64,000 nucleotides of DNA from a virus (IMGVR_UViG_3300022752_000014); one strand, 5' to 3'. Shown: positions 9,398 through 17,626, counted from the first letter of the stretch. Made by a program: numbers and translations. The notes: generated by a model from the sequence alone, not told the origin.

Positions 9398-10366
9398 ATG
9401 AAACTCAAACACATTGCTACAATTGGTCTTGCTCTGATGCCTACCACTGCATTTGCTGGACCTGCTCTCAATGGTGCTGGTGCTACGTTCCCTGCACCTC
9501 TTTATCAACGTTGGCTTGCTGATTATGCTGCTGCCACTGGTAACCGTGTGAATTATCAGTCCGTTGGATCTGGTGCTGGTATCAAACAGTTTATCAAAGA
9601 AACTGTTGACTTTGCTGCATCTGACGAACCTATCAGTGCCAAGGATGGTGCCAAAGTCAAGCGTGGATATGTTCAACTGCCGATGACTGCTGGCACTATT
9701 GACGTTGCCTACAACAAACCTGGATGCAAACTGCGTCTGACCCAGAAGCAGGTTGTTGATGTATTCCAAGGTGATATCAAGGATTGGAAAGCACTTGGTT
9801 GTGCTGCTGGTCCTATCAAAGTTGTTTATCGTTCTGATGGTTCTGGCACTACCTTTGCCTTTACCAACTCTCTGAAGGCATTTGGTGGTTGGACTGCAGG
9901 TGCAGCTAAGTCAATCAATTGGCCTACTGGTGTTGGTGCCAAAGGTAACGAAGGTGTTGCTGGAACCCTTGTGAATACTCCTGGTTCTATTGGTTATCTC
10001 TCACACGCATTTGTGAAGAATAACAAGCAACTTCAGTCCGCCTCTCTTCAAAACAAGGCAGGAAACTATATTCTTCCCACCCTCAAAAGTGGATTTGCTG
10101 CTGTTAATGGTATCAAACTTGATCCCGCTTCTCTTGCTGGCGAAGATCCTAATCCTGCTGCTCCTAATGCTTATCCTATTACGACGCTAACTTGGGTCCT
10201 TGCTTATAAAGAAGGTAATGGTGCCAAGCGTGATGATATCCGCGATGCCCTTAACTACATGCTGAGTGGTAAGGCACAACTGCTTGCTGATGATCTGGGT
10301 TATGTTCCTCTTGCTGGTTCTGTTCTGAACAGAGCAAGGAATAAAGTAAAGCAAATCGGTCAGTAA
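9398..10366 (+). CDS. pstS: Phosphate ABC transporter substrate-binding protein PstS
   Basis: LNGAGATFPAPLY, YQSVGSGAG, VDFAASD, RSDGSGTT, GAKGNEGVA and YPITTLTW. Start at ATG 9398. Confidence 0.97.
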   Translation: MKLKHIATIGLALMPTTAFAGPALNGAGATFPAPLYQRWLADYAAATGNRVNYQSVGSGAGIKQFIKETVDFAASDEPISAKDGAKVKRGYVQLPMTAGTIDVAYNKPGCKLRLTQKQVVDVFQGDIKDWKALGCAAGPIKVVYRSDGSGTTFAFTNSLKAFGGWTAGAAKSINWPTGVGAKGNEGVAGTLVNTPGSIGYLSHAFVKNNKQLQSASLQNKAGNYILPTLKSGFAAVNGIKLDPASLAGEDPNPAAPNAYPITTLTWVLAYKEGNGAKRDDIRDALNYMLSGKAQLLADDLGYVPLAGSVLNRARNKVKQIGQ

Positions 10367-10396
10367 ATCCTAACAAATTAAGTATAAATTACTACC

Positions 10397-10422
10397 AGGG
10401 GTGCTTGACACCCCTTTATTTT
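10397..10422 (+). terminator. Intrinsic terminator after pstS, with the hli -35 inside it
   Basis: AGGGGTG-CTTGA-CACCCCT followed by TTATTTTT. Confidence 0.7.
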
Positions 10423-10433
10423 TCCTATATAAT
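10405..10433 (+). promoter_or_regulatory. Consensus sigma70 (early) promoter for the hli-petF cluster
   Basis: TTGACA (10405-10410), 17 bp, TATAAT (10428-10433). Confidence 0.85.
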
Positions 10434-10460
10434 TGTGTAACAATTCTTAAAGAATGTACA

Positions 10461-10655
10461 ATGACTGTAACAACTAACGAACTTGGACAACAGAATATGT
10501 TTGCCAAGGAACCTGTAATGTATTACGAAAACTATGGGATGTTATCTCCCAATCAAGTAAAGGAGAGAACTAATGGGCGCTGGGCAATGGTCGGTATTGT
10601 TGCTGGTTTTATTTCTTATGCGCTCACTGGCAACCTCTACTTCGGACTCTTCTGA
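10461..10655 (+). CDS. hli: High-light-inducible protein
   Basis: Chlorophyll-binding motif ERTNGRWAMVG followed by a TM helix and TG; start MTVTTNE at 10461. Confidence 0.9.
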   Translation: MTVTTNELGQQNMFAKEPVMYYENYGMLSPNQVKERTNGRWAMVGIVAGFISYALTGNLYFGLF

Positions 10656-10664
10656 GGGTTGACA

Positions 10665-10751
10665 ATGGCTTCAATTATCTTTACAATTACTAGTGTTGCC
10701 TTTTTCGTTTTACTGGCACACTCCGTAAATCAACTATCAGAAACCTACTAA
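10665..10751 (+). CDS. Small hydrophobic peptide (28 aa, MASIIFTITSVAFFVLLAHSVNQLSETY), not in the ORF track
   Basis: Fills the gap between hli and petF, with GAGG upstream and one TM helix. Confidence 0.5.
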   Translation: MASIIFTITSVAFFVLLAHSVNQLSETY

Positions 10752-10754
10752 TTT

Positions 10755-11045
10755 ATGGCTTACAATGTTACTCTCCGTTCTCCCGACGGCTCCGAAACCA
10801 CTATTCAGTGTGAGGGTGATCAGTATATTCTTGAAGCAGCAGAAGAAGCAGGTGTGGATCTTCCTTCTTCGTGTAAGGCAGGTGCTTGCTCCGCTTGTGC
10901 TGGCAAACTGATTAGCGGCACTGTGGATAACGAAGAGCAGTCGTTCCTGGATGATGAACAGCAGGCAGATGGTTGGATTCTCACTTGTGTTGCATATCCC
11001 ACCAGCGACTGCGTAATTCTGACCGAACAGGAAGAGAACCTGTGA
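10755..11045 (+). CDS. petF: Plant-type [2Fe-2S] ferredoxin
   Basis: [15 protein letters not shown]...[11 protein letters not shown] cysteine pattern. Confidence 0.97.
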   Translation: MAYNVTLRSPDGSETTIQCEGDQYILEAAEEAGVDLPSSCKAGACSACAGKLISGTVDNEEQSFLDDEQQADGWILTCVAYPTSDCVILTEQEENL

Positions 11046-11317
11046 GTGCTGAAATGCTTGGGCAGTTTGCAATTGCTCTTCAAAAACTTGGATGGGATGC
11101 CGACGATGAACTCTCTGTTGAGATTGGCGGTGTAGCAGTTACAGGAACTGCTACTCACCCAGATGCCAACGCTAAGTGGGCAAAACCATTTGGAACTGTA
11201 TCTTATCAGAACGATGCTTTTATTGTCATCAAAAATAAAACCAGGAGTCCTATGGTTTTTTCCCAACCTAATCCTGAACTTAAACAACAACACCCCTATC
11301 AAGGAGAAAAACAATGA
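11042..11317 (+). CDS. Hypothetical cyanophage protein
   Basis: GTG start overlaps the petF stop (GTGA); its stop overlaps the next hli start. Confidence 0.6.
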   Translation: MSAEMLGQFAIALQKLGWDADDELSVEIGGVAVTGTATHPDANAKWAKPFGTVSYQNDAFIVIKNKTRSPMVFSQPNPELKQQHPYQGEKQ

Positions 11318-11421
11318 ACGAAAAAGCAGAACGTATTAATGGTTGGGCAGCAATGATCGGTATTGTTGCTGCAATGGGCTCTTATGCCTTCACCGGACAG
11401 ATTATTCCGGGTGTATGGTGA
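11314..11421 (+). CDS. hli: High-light-inducible protein (35 aa), not in the ORF track
   Basis: [35 protein letters not shown] contains AERING, a TM helix and TGQIIPG. Confidence 0.92.
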   Translation: MNEKAERINGWAAMIGIVAAMGSYAFTGQIIPGVW

Positions 11422-11432
11422 TGGAGGTTAAG

Positions 11433-11960
11433 ATGCGTAAAGAAGGTTATACAATCCCTGAGGTTCAGTTTCAGTTTCGTGAATCAGGTGAGTTTGTAAC
11501 ACGTACTTCTACCGAACTTTTCAATAGCAAGCGTGTTGTAATCTTCTCTCTTCCTGGTGCATTCACTCCTACTTGCAGTGCTTATCAACTCCCTGGATTT
11601 GAGGAGAAGTATGAGGACTTTATTGCTCTTGGAGTAGATGAAATTTATTGCATCTCTGTTAATGATGGTTTCGTAATGAATGCCTGGGCACAAGACCAGA
11701 ACATTGAGAAAGTCAAACTCATTCCTGACGGCAATGCATATTTCACTCGCTCTATGGGATTCCTTGTCAGCAAGTCTAACCTTGGTTTCGGTGATCGCTC
11801 TTGGCGTTATGCTGCAATTGTGGATAACGGAATCATCGAGAAACTCTTCGTGGAGGAGGGTATGCGTGACAATGCGGACACAGACCCATATGAGGTATCG
11901 ACACCTGAAAATGTTTTGAGTTATGTTGCTGCCAATGTAAAAGTTGGTGCTACGGTTTGA
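11433..11960 (+). CDS. Peroxiredoxin (type II / Prx5-like)
   Basis: FSLPGAFTPTCS active site, ISVNDGFVMNAW, DGNAYFT and RSWRYA; GGAGG upstream of ATG 11433. Confidence 0.93.
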   Translation: MRKEGYTIPEVQFQFRESGEFVTRTSTELFNSKRVVIFSLPGAFTPTCSAYQLPGFEEKYEDFIALGVDEIYCISVNDGFVMNAWAQDQNIEKVKLIPDGNAYFTRSMGFLVSKSNLGFGDRSWRYAAIVDNGIIEKLFVEEGMRDNADTDPYEVSTPENVLSYVAANVKVGATV

Positions 11961-11969
11961 AAATAAATG

Positions 11970-11993
11970 AGCGCCCCAAAAGGGCGCTTTTTT
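11970..11993 (+). terminator. Intrinsic terminator after the peroxiredoxin
   Basis: AGCGCCC-CAAAA-GGGCGCT followed by TTTTT. Confidence 0.85.
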
Positions 11994-11994
11994 A

Positions 11995-12001
11995 CTAAAT
12001 A
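11995..12001 (+). promoter_or_regulatory. T4-type late promoter (TAAATA core)
   Basis: CTAAATA directly after the terminator, 24 bp upstream of the peptidase start. Confidence 0.65.
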
Positions 12002-12025
12002 CCTCAGTGTTTAGAGTAATATCCA

Positions 12026-12697
12026 ATGACCCTAGATCTTCATAACTTTTTTAAGTTTTATGATGAGAAGAACGCAAACCACGTTGCTGCTGTTCAGTGG
12101 TTGGAAGACCATCTTCCAGAAAAATTCCTAGATGATGCAGAGACTGACTGGATTGGTATTTTTAGAACGAAACCACCAACTCCAGAAGTACTCGCAGTTC
12201 CATACTTTAATCAAGTAGACAACTACAGAGATGCACATAGAACTTGTAACAGTTCATCGTGCGCTATGTGCCTTGCTTTCCTCAAACCAGGTAGCATCAA
12301 AGGCGACGATGAATATGTCAAGAAAGTATTTGAGATTGGCGACACGACTGACCATGCGGTACAGACAAAAGTTCTGGCGGCTTATGGAGTTAAGTCACAC
12401 TTTAGTTACAATCTTTCTTTTGCTGATATTGATAAAAGTCTCGATGCTGGGAAGCCCGTTGTTATTGGTATCCTTCACAGGGGTCCTCTTTCTGCACCTA
12501 CTGGCGGGCACATGGTTGTAGTCATTGGCAAGACTCCTGATGAAAAAGGATATTTTGTCAATGATCCATATGGTTCTTGCAACGATAACTACACTGGTCC
12601 AGTAACAAATGGTAAGAAGACCATTTACACAAAGGCAATGCTTAAGCATCGTTGGTGCCCAGGTGGCAACGATGGTTGGGGTAGAATTTTCGACTGA
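12026..12697 (+). CDS. Peptidase C39-like (papain-fold) protein with N-terminal module
   Basis: PYFNQVDN, CNSSSCAM (Cys), GGHMVVVIG (His) and VNDPYG (Asp). Confidence 0.8.
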   Translation: MTLDLHNFFKFYDEKNANHVAAVQWLEDHLPEKFLDDAETDWIGIFRTKPPTPEVLAVPYFNQVDNYRDAHRTCNSSSCAMCLAFLKPGSIKGDDEYVKKVFEIGDTTDHAVQTKVLAAYGVKSHFSYNLSFADIDKSLDAGKPVVIGILHRGPLSAPTGGHMVVVIGKTPDEKGYFVNDPYGSCNDNYTGPVTNGKKTIYTKAMLKHRWCPGGNDGWGRIFD

Positions 12698-12711
12698 TAG
12701 GAGAAACAACA

Positions 12712-13380
12712 ATGGCACGTATCGATCTGCATAACTTCTTTCAATTCTATGATGAAAGAAATCCTAACCACGTCAAAGCAGTTCAGTGGTTAGAGGACAA
12801 TCTCCCCGTTGAATATCTTGGTGATACTGTGGAGTGGGCGGAGATTTTTAGAGGAAAAAAGACTAGTGCTGCACCAGCAACCCCAGCTGCTGCAGCTCCT
12901 GTAACAGGTGGTGATGATGTTCCTATGATGGGCATCAAGTTGATCAAAGAGTTTGAGGGTTGCAGACTAAATGCATACCCAGACCCTCTGACTGGTAATC
13001 TTCCAATCACAATTGGTTGGGGATGCACTCGTAAGAAGGATGGTTCAGCGTTCAAGATGGGAGATAAGATTACACAAGCAGAAGCAGATGAACTTCTGAT
13101 TGAAGAATGTAAGCATAACTTTCTCCCAGCACTCAGAAAAATCCCACACTGGAGTGAAATGTCTGATGGAAAAAGAGGCGCTCTGCTCAGCTTTGCTTAT
13201 AATCTTGGTGCCGCTTTTTACGGTGGCGATAACTTTAATACTATTACTAAACGCTTGAAGAATAAAGAATGGGACTTAGTTCCTGATGCTTTATATCTCT
13301 ACCGCAATCCTGGTTCAAATGTAGAAGCAGGTTTAGCACGTAGAAGAAAGGCAGAAGGAGAAGCGTGGAAGAAAGGATAA
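12712..13380 (+). CDS. Lysozyme/endolysin (GH24) with N-terminal module
   Basis: IKEFEGCRLNAYPDP...TIGWG (E-x8-D-x6-T), ALLSFAYNLG and GLARRRKAE. Confidence 0.92.
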   Translation: MARIDLHNFFQFYDERNPNHVKAVQWLEDNLPVEYLGDTVEWAEIFRGKKTSAAPATPAAAAPVTGGDDVPMMGIKLIKEFEGCRLNAYPDPLTGNLPITIGWGCTRKKDGSAFKMGDKITQAEADELLIEECKHNFLPALRKIPHWSEMSDGKRGALLSFAYNLGAAFYGGDNFNTITKRLKNKEWDLVPDALYLYRNPGSNVEAGLARRRKAEGEAWKKG

Positions 13381-13383
13381 ATA
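13377..13383 (+). promoter_or_regulatory. T4-type late promoter
   Basis: ATAAATA overlapping the lysozyme stop, followed by a ~135-nt leader. Confidence 0.65.
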
Positions 13384-13431
13384 GTAACAATCACAACTGA
13401 TTCTTGATCTTCTGATCTGAATCTACATACC

Positions 13432-13517
13432 CCAAGTCCTCTAAGACTTGGTGAATACTTTACTTTTAAACAACTTCGGTTTGTTTTGTTTAGTACACAC
13501 TAAGTAATAGAGGACTT
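13432..13517 (+). ncRNA. Candidate cis-regulatory 5' leader with alternative pairings
   Basis: Hairpin CCAAGTC/GACTTGG (13432-13451) competes with a 9-bp pairing of AAGTCCTCT (13434-13442) to the SD region AGAGGACTT (13509-13517). Confidence 0.4.
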
Positions 13518-13520
13518 TTT

Positions 13521-15455
13521 ATGTCTTACACCACGAGGGCGCTCGCAGCAGCGTCTGCCCTTCTGCTTGGGGCTCCAACTGCAGTCTTAGCACACACCAA
13601 CTCTATCGGATATGTTGGTGGGGGAAATGGATCGGTTACCTTCTGGTATGGTAACTGGCACCCAGGAACTACCTTCAACGAAGGAACCCTAACCTTACAA
13701 GGTATCAACGGGACTAATTTTTCCGCAACAACCGTAAACTGGACTTTACTTTCATCAACAAGACCAGACGGTTTGATTAATGGTACAAACTATTTTACTT
13801 CTAATGGATCACAACTGGTTCCTTATGGAAGTAATAGTCAGGTATCATCGACTTGGCAGGGTGTAAGTTTTACTGGACTTGGCGCTGGTGATTATCAGTT
13901 TACCTATAATGCTGCTGGATCTCCAACAGTCAACTGGATGCCTATGGATAATGTTATCCTTTCCAGCACTGTAACTCTTACTGCAGCAGCTCTTTCTGGT
14001 GATGCTGATGGAGATGGTATTAATGATGCAACAGGACAACCAGTAGCACCAGCAACTCCAACATTAGTATCTTCTGCTGCTGGAACTCCTATCATCACAA
14101 CTTCAACTAGCAGCGGTTCTAGAACTGAAACCAGCACCCAAGGTAGAACTGTGATGGGTACTGATGCTAATGGTAATCAGACAGAAACTTATTATACAGA
14201 TACAGTTGTAACGACCATTCCTACAACCACAACAGTTACAACTACAACTCCAACGACAGTTGATACTTATAGTGATGGTAGTACAGTAACTACTAACGGA
14301 ACATCATCATCATCTTCATCAACTTCGGATGCGGGTTCCGGAACTTCAGTAGTTACACAGGCAAGTGTTGCTGATTGGGTAAGAACTAGAACCTATGACG
14401 TTCAGAGAACTGCATATGCTCCTTCTGGTGCAGCACCAACAGTAACAGAGACCCATCGTTTTACTGCAACTGAAACTGAGGTTAAGCAAAAAGTTAATCA
14501 TCACACAACGACTGGAGTTACAACGCCAACAGTTAGAACTGTAACTACTACACCAGTTTATACAAAGGTTTATACTAATGGTTCTCCTGATGTGGTGACA
14601 ACTGATACTGCTGTTATTACATACGAAACCAGCACATCATATGCAGAGTATTATGCATCCAGAGATTACTTTGGACGTATTGATCAACTTGAAACCCTTG
14701 ATAATATGAGCGGTGCGATTAATGGACTTTTGAATCACGAACCATCAAGAACCAAACAAAAGTTTAGAGTATTTGAGAACAATAGATTTGTTCAATCCTA
14801 TAATGCTGATGGATACTCTGCTGATAGTAAAATCTTCGGTGGCGGATTTGAGTTAGATCTATCCAAAGGTTGGACTATTGGTTATCAATACAATAATGTC
14901 AATATCAATCTTCGTGGCGTAGATTCAACTGCAAAACAGAATAAAGATGTTCACGGAATTTTTAATACATTCCACGGCAACACTTTAACTTTGAATACAA
15001 ATGCTGCGATTGCAAACAGCAAGTACAACTATTCAAGAACAGTAGAGGGTGTTTTTAACAACCAAGGAGAAACAACTGGTTCTGAGTGGTGGGTGTCTAA
15101 TAGATTATATTTACATTTGACCAAGTGGTTACATCCTTTTGTTGGACACACTGTATCTAACTTGAAGAGAAATTCTTACACTGAGTCTGGTGATGTCAGA
15201 TCAGCAAGAAGTGTTAGCGAGTTCTCACAAACTACACACGTTGGTGAAGCAGGTGCTAAACTTGAAACCAGATTTGGTGGTAAGAAGAGAGATTTATTTG
15301 GCGTAAGTGTTGAAGGTGCTTATGCAACTGATAACTCTTATGGTGTAACTGCTTCTGTTGATTATAAAGAGATGTTGATTATTGAAGGTTCTCACGGTGT
15401 AAGTGATGGTGTTACAACAAATTCCATCGCTGGAAAGGTTAAATTTAGGTTCTAA
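13521..15455 (+). CDS. Secreted autotransporter-like protein: signal peptide, beta-rich N-domain, Thr/Ser-rich stalk, C-terminal beta-barrel
   Basis: Signal peptide ending AVLA-H; long Thr-rich tract; alternating-aromatic strands ending GKVKFRF. Confidence 0.65.
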   Translation: MSYTTRALAAASALLLGAPTAVLAHTNSIGYVGGGNGSVTFWYGNWHPGTTFNEGTLTLQGINGTNFSATTVNWTLLSSTRPDGLINGTNYFTSNGSQLVPYGSNSQVSSTWQGVSFTGLGAGDYQFTYNAAGSPTVNWMPMDNVILSSTVTLTAAALSGDADGDGINDATGQPVAPATPTLVSSAAGTPIITTSTSSGSRTETSTQGRTVMGTDANGNQTETYYTDTVVTTIPTTTTVTTTTPTTVDTYSDGSTVTTNGTSSSSSSTSDAGSGTSVVTQASVADWVRTRTYDVQRTAYAPSGAAPTVTETHRFTATETEVKQKVNHHTTTGVTTPTVRTVTTTPVYTKVYTNGSPDVVTTDTAVITYETSTSYAEYYASRDYFGRIDQLETLDNMSGAINGLLNHEPSRTKQKFRVFENNRFVQSYNADGYSADSKIFGGGFELDLSKGWTIGYQYNNVNINLRGVDSTAKQNKDVHGIFNTFHGNTLTLNTNAAIANSKYNYSRTVEGVFNNQGETTGSEWWVSNRLYLHLTKWLHPFVGHTVSNLKRNSYTESGDVRSARSVSEFSQTTHVGEAGAKLETRFGGKKRDLFGVSVEGAYATDNSYGVTASVDYKEMLIIEGSHGVSDGVTTNSIAGKVKFRF

Positions 15456-15458
15456 ATC

Positions 15459-15465
15459 CTAAATA
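15459..15465 (+). promoter_or_regulatory. T4-type late promoter
   Basis: CTAAATA 24 bp upstream of ATG 15490. Confidence 0.6.
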
Positions 15466-15489
15466 AAAAGGACATCATCGCACAGACTG

Positions 15490-15831
15490 ATGGAAAACAA
15501 TAAGAAAGAAAAAGCTATGGGACAATTAATTCGTATTGCTATCTTGAGTTGGTCTGCTGCTCTCCTAACTGCTAGTTATGCAGGTATGCTCGCTAAAATG
15601 GATCCTACCTTCATTGCTACAGTCTTCACTGCTTCTGCTGCCACATTTGGTATTAATACGATGAAGAAAGGTGGAGAAGAAGACGAAAAGAAAGAAGAAC
15701 CACGTAGAGAAGAAGTTGTAGAAACCCCACCAGAACCACCAGCACCTACCGCTGAAGCACCTGCTGCAAGTCTTGAAGAAAGAGTTGAAGCACTTGAGGA
15801 AGGATTCGTTCAACCTCGCACAGGAGCCTAA
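15490..15831 (+). CDS. Hypothetical membrane protein (2 TM, acidic Pro-rich tail)
   Basis: Two hydrophobic helices followed by an EEDEKKEEP tail. Confidence 0.7.
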   Translation: MENNKKEKAMGQLIRIAILSWSAALLTASYAGMLAKMDPTFIATVFTASAATFGINTMKKGGEEDEKKEEPRREEVVETPPEPPAPTAEAPAASLEERVEALEEGFVQPRTGA

Positions 15832-15947
15832 TGGCAAAGTCCGCAAACAAAGCAAAAAAAGGTGGAGCAGGCTCTGCTAATAACAAGAAGCAGAACTCTG
15901 GCAATGCTAATGCAAATAAAGCAAAAAATGGTGGAAAGAAAAAATGA
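15831..15947 (+). CDS. Small basic Lys/Asn/Gly-rich peptide (38 aa), not in the ORF track
   Basis: MAKSANKAKKGGAGSANNKKQNSGNANANKAKNGGKKK; TAATG coupling and GGAG upstream. Confidence 0.65.
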   Translation: MAKSANKAKKGGAGSANNKKQNSGNANANKAKNGGKKK

Positions 15948-15953
15948 GGTATT

Positions 15954-16148
15954 ATGCCAAGAGAATGGAATACTCCTATACGGGAACCTTGGAACCCTGT
16001 AATTAAAAAGTGTCTTGATGCTGTTGATGAACATATGCGACAGCATCTCAAGACAGGTGATGAGTGGCACTTTTCTCAAGCAGAAACCTTAAGAAAGTAT
16101 GTAAAAGATTTGAAAGTTTGGATACATAAACAAGAGGGGCGAGAATGA
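15954..16148 (+). CDS. Hypothetical cyanophage protein
   Basis: GAGG SD; ATGA overlap with the next gene. Confidence 0.7.
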   Translation: MPREWNTPIREPWNPVIKKCLDAVDEHMRQHLKTGDEWHFSQAETLRKYVKDLKVWIHKQEGRE

Positions 16149-16891
16149 AAAAATTCCTCACAGCAATTAGTTTATCATTAACTCTAGTTGCTCCATCAAC
16201 CGCAAACACAATACTCAAAAAACAACCCACCGTTCCAGCATACAGTCTGGCAGCGATGGGTTGTATGATTTTAAGAGAATGTACTGAAGGTGTAGAACAA
16301 CTCACAACACAATCAAAACTATTAGAAGATAAAAGTTTTGATGCGTTTAGAGATGAAATTAAATCTATTCTTGTTGGATTGGATAAACTTGGTGTTCCTG
16401 TATATGTTGGACCATCACGTTACTTCACGCCAAGAACAGTAGGTTTATACAAACCAGAGTACAATCGGTTCTTTGTAAACGAAGAACTACTCAAAGACCC
16501 TAGAGAGTTTCTAGGAACGATGAGACACGAAGGATGGCACACAGTCCAAGATTGTATGGGTGGTGGTCTGAAGACCTCCTTTATGGCACAGGTCCATCAA
16601 GATAGTGAGATCCCTGCCTGGGTAATGAAGATGACTAAACTTTCTTATGAAAGTATAGGTCAGGGTCGTGCAGTGCCTTGGGAAGCAGATGCTAACTGGG
16701 CAGAAGAACAATCAAATACTACAGCAAAGCACCTAGAAATGTGTGCCAAAGGTCCTTTGTGGGAACAGATCAGACCGACACCACTTACAATGGAATGGTT
16801 GATTGGTTGTGGATGGATGAAACCACAAGAAGGATATAAAGAATATACACCAAATAAGAAAGCGGATTATTGTGTAGAAGGTAAATACTGA
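16145..16891 (+). CDS. Secreted putative Zn-metallopeptidase (HEXXH)
   Basis: Signal peptide, MRHEGWHTVQDC and a downstream WEADA glutamate. Confidence 0.65.
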   Translation: MKKFLTAISLSLTLVAPSTANTILKKQPTVPAYSLAAMGCMILRECTEGVEQLTTQSKLLEDKSFDAFRDEIKSILVGLDKLGVPVYVGPSRYFTPRTVGLYKPEYNRFFVNEELLKDPREFLGTMRHEGWHTVQDCMGGGLKTSFMAQVHQDSEIPAWVMKMTKLSYESIGQGRAVPWEADANWAEEQSNTTAKHLEMCAKGPLWEQIRPTPLTMEWLIGCGWMKPQEGYKEYTPNKKADYCVEGKY

Positions 16892-17046
16892 TGCCACAAG
16901 ATTTTCCTTGGGGTGTAATTGCAATCTTGGGAACTGGTCTAGTATTTGTTTTGTATATTATTTACTACATATTAAAGTTAGCTAATGAGGAAATGAAAGA
17001 TGAAGAACCTAGCAATCATTCTGTCAGCGACAAGTCTGGCGATTAG
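16891..17046 (+). CDS. Small membrane protein (51 aa), not in the ORF track
   Basis: MPQDFPWGVIAILGTGLVFVLYIIYYILKLA...; TGATG coupling. Confidence 0.55.
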   Translation: MPQDFPWGVIAILGTGLVFVLYIIYYILKLANEEMKDEEPSNHSVSDKSGD

Positions 17047-17209
17047 TGGAGCACTTTGTTATGGTGCTTATGTGACTTATAAGAGAGCAGAAGCAATTCT
17101 TAATAACCCAGAAGAGTTTGTTGGTAAGGTTGTAGAGAACCAAGTAAGTAAAGCATTTGAAAAGTTGCCTATTCCTAAACTAAATACTGAGAAGTTTAAA
17201 CTATTCTAA
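17000..17209 (+). CDS. Hypothetical membrane-anchored protein
   Basis: N-terminal TM helix; operon context. Confidence 0.65.
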   Translation: MKNLAIILSATSLAISGALCYGAYVTYKRAEAILNNPEEFVGKVVENQVSKAFEKLPIPKLNTEKFKLF

Positions 17210-17212
17210 CAA

Positions 17213-17626
17213 ATGGCTGACAAAGATCCTTACATTTATAGAATAAGAGAAATTCATAAGGTTGTAGATGGCGACACTATTGACGCTGATATTGATTTGG
17301 GTTTTGATATCTCCCTTACTAAGAGAATTCGTCTTGCTGGTGTCGATACCCCAGAGAGCCGCACAGCTGATGCGAATGAGAAAAAATATGGGCTCGAATC
17401 AAAAGAATGGTTGAAGCACCGTTGTGAGGGTGCTAAGAACATTCTAATCAAGACTGAACTTCCAGATTCTACTGAAAAGTATGGAAGAATCATTGGGCAC
17501 TTGTTTATTAATGATGAACCAACATCACTCAACGAGCAGATGATAGTTTCTGGATACGCCTGGGAATACGATGGGGGCACTAAAAAGAAGAACTTTGCCG
17601 AACTAGATGCGAAGCGTAAGAAATAA
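17213..17626 (+). CDS. Thermonuclease (staphylococcal nuclease-like)
   Basis: VVDGDTID, RIRLAGVDTPES, KYGRIIG and GYAWEY. Confidence 0.9.
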   Translation: MADKDPYIYRIREIHKVVDGDTIDADIDLGFDISLTKRIRLAGVDTPESRTADANEKKYGLESKEWLKHRCEGAKNILIKTELPDSTEKYGRIIGHLFINDEPTSLNEQMIVSGYAWEYDGGTKKKNFAELDAKRKK

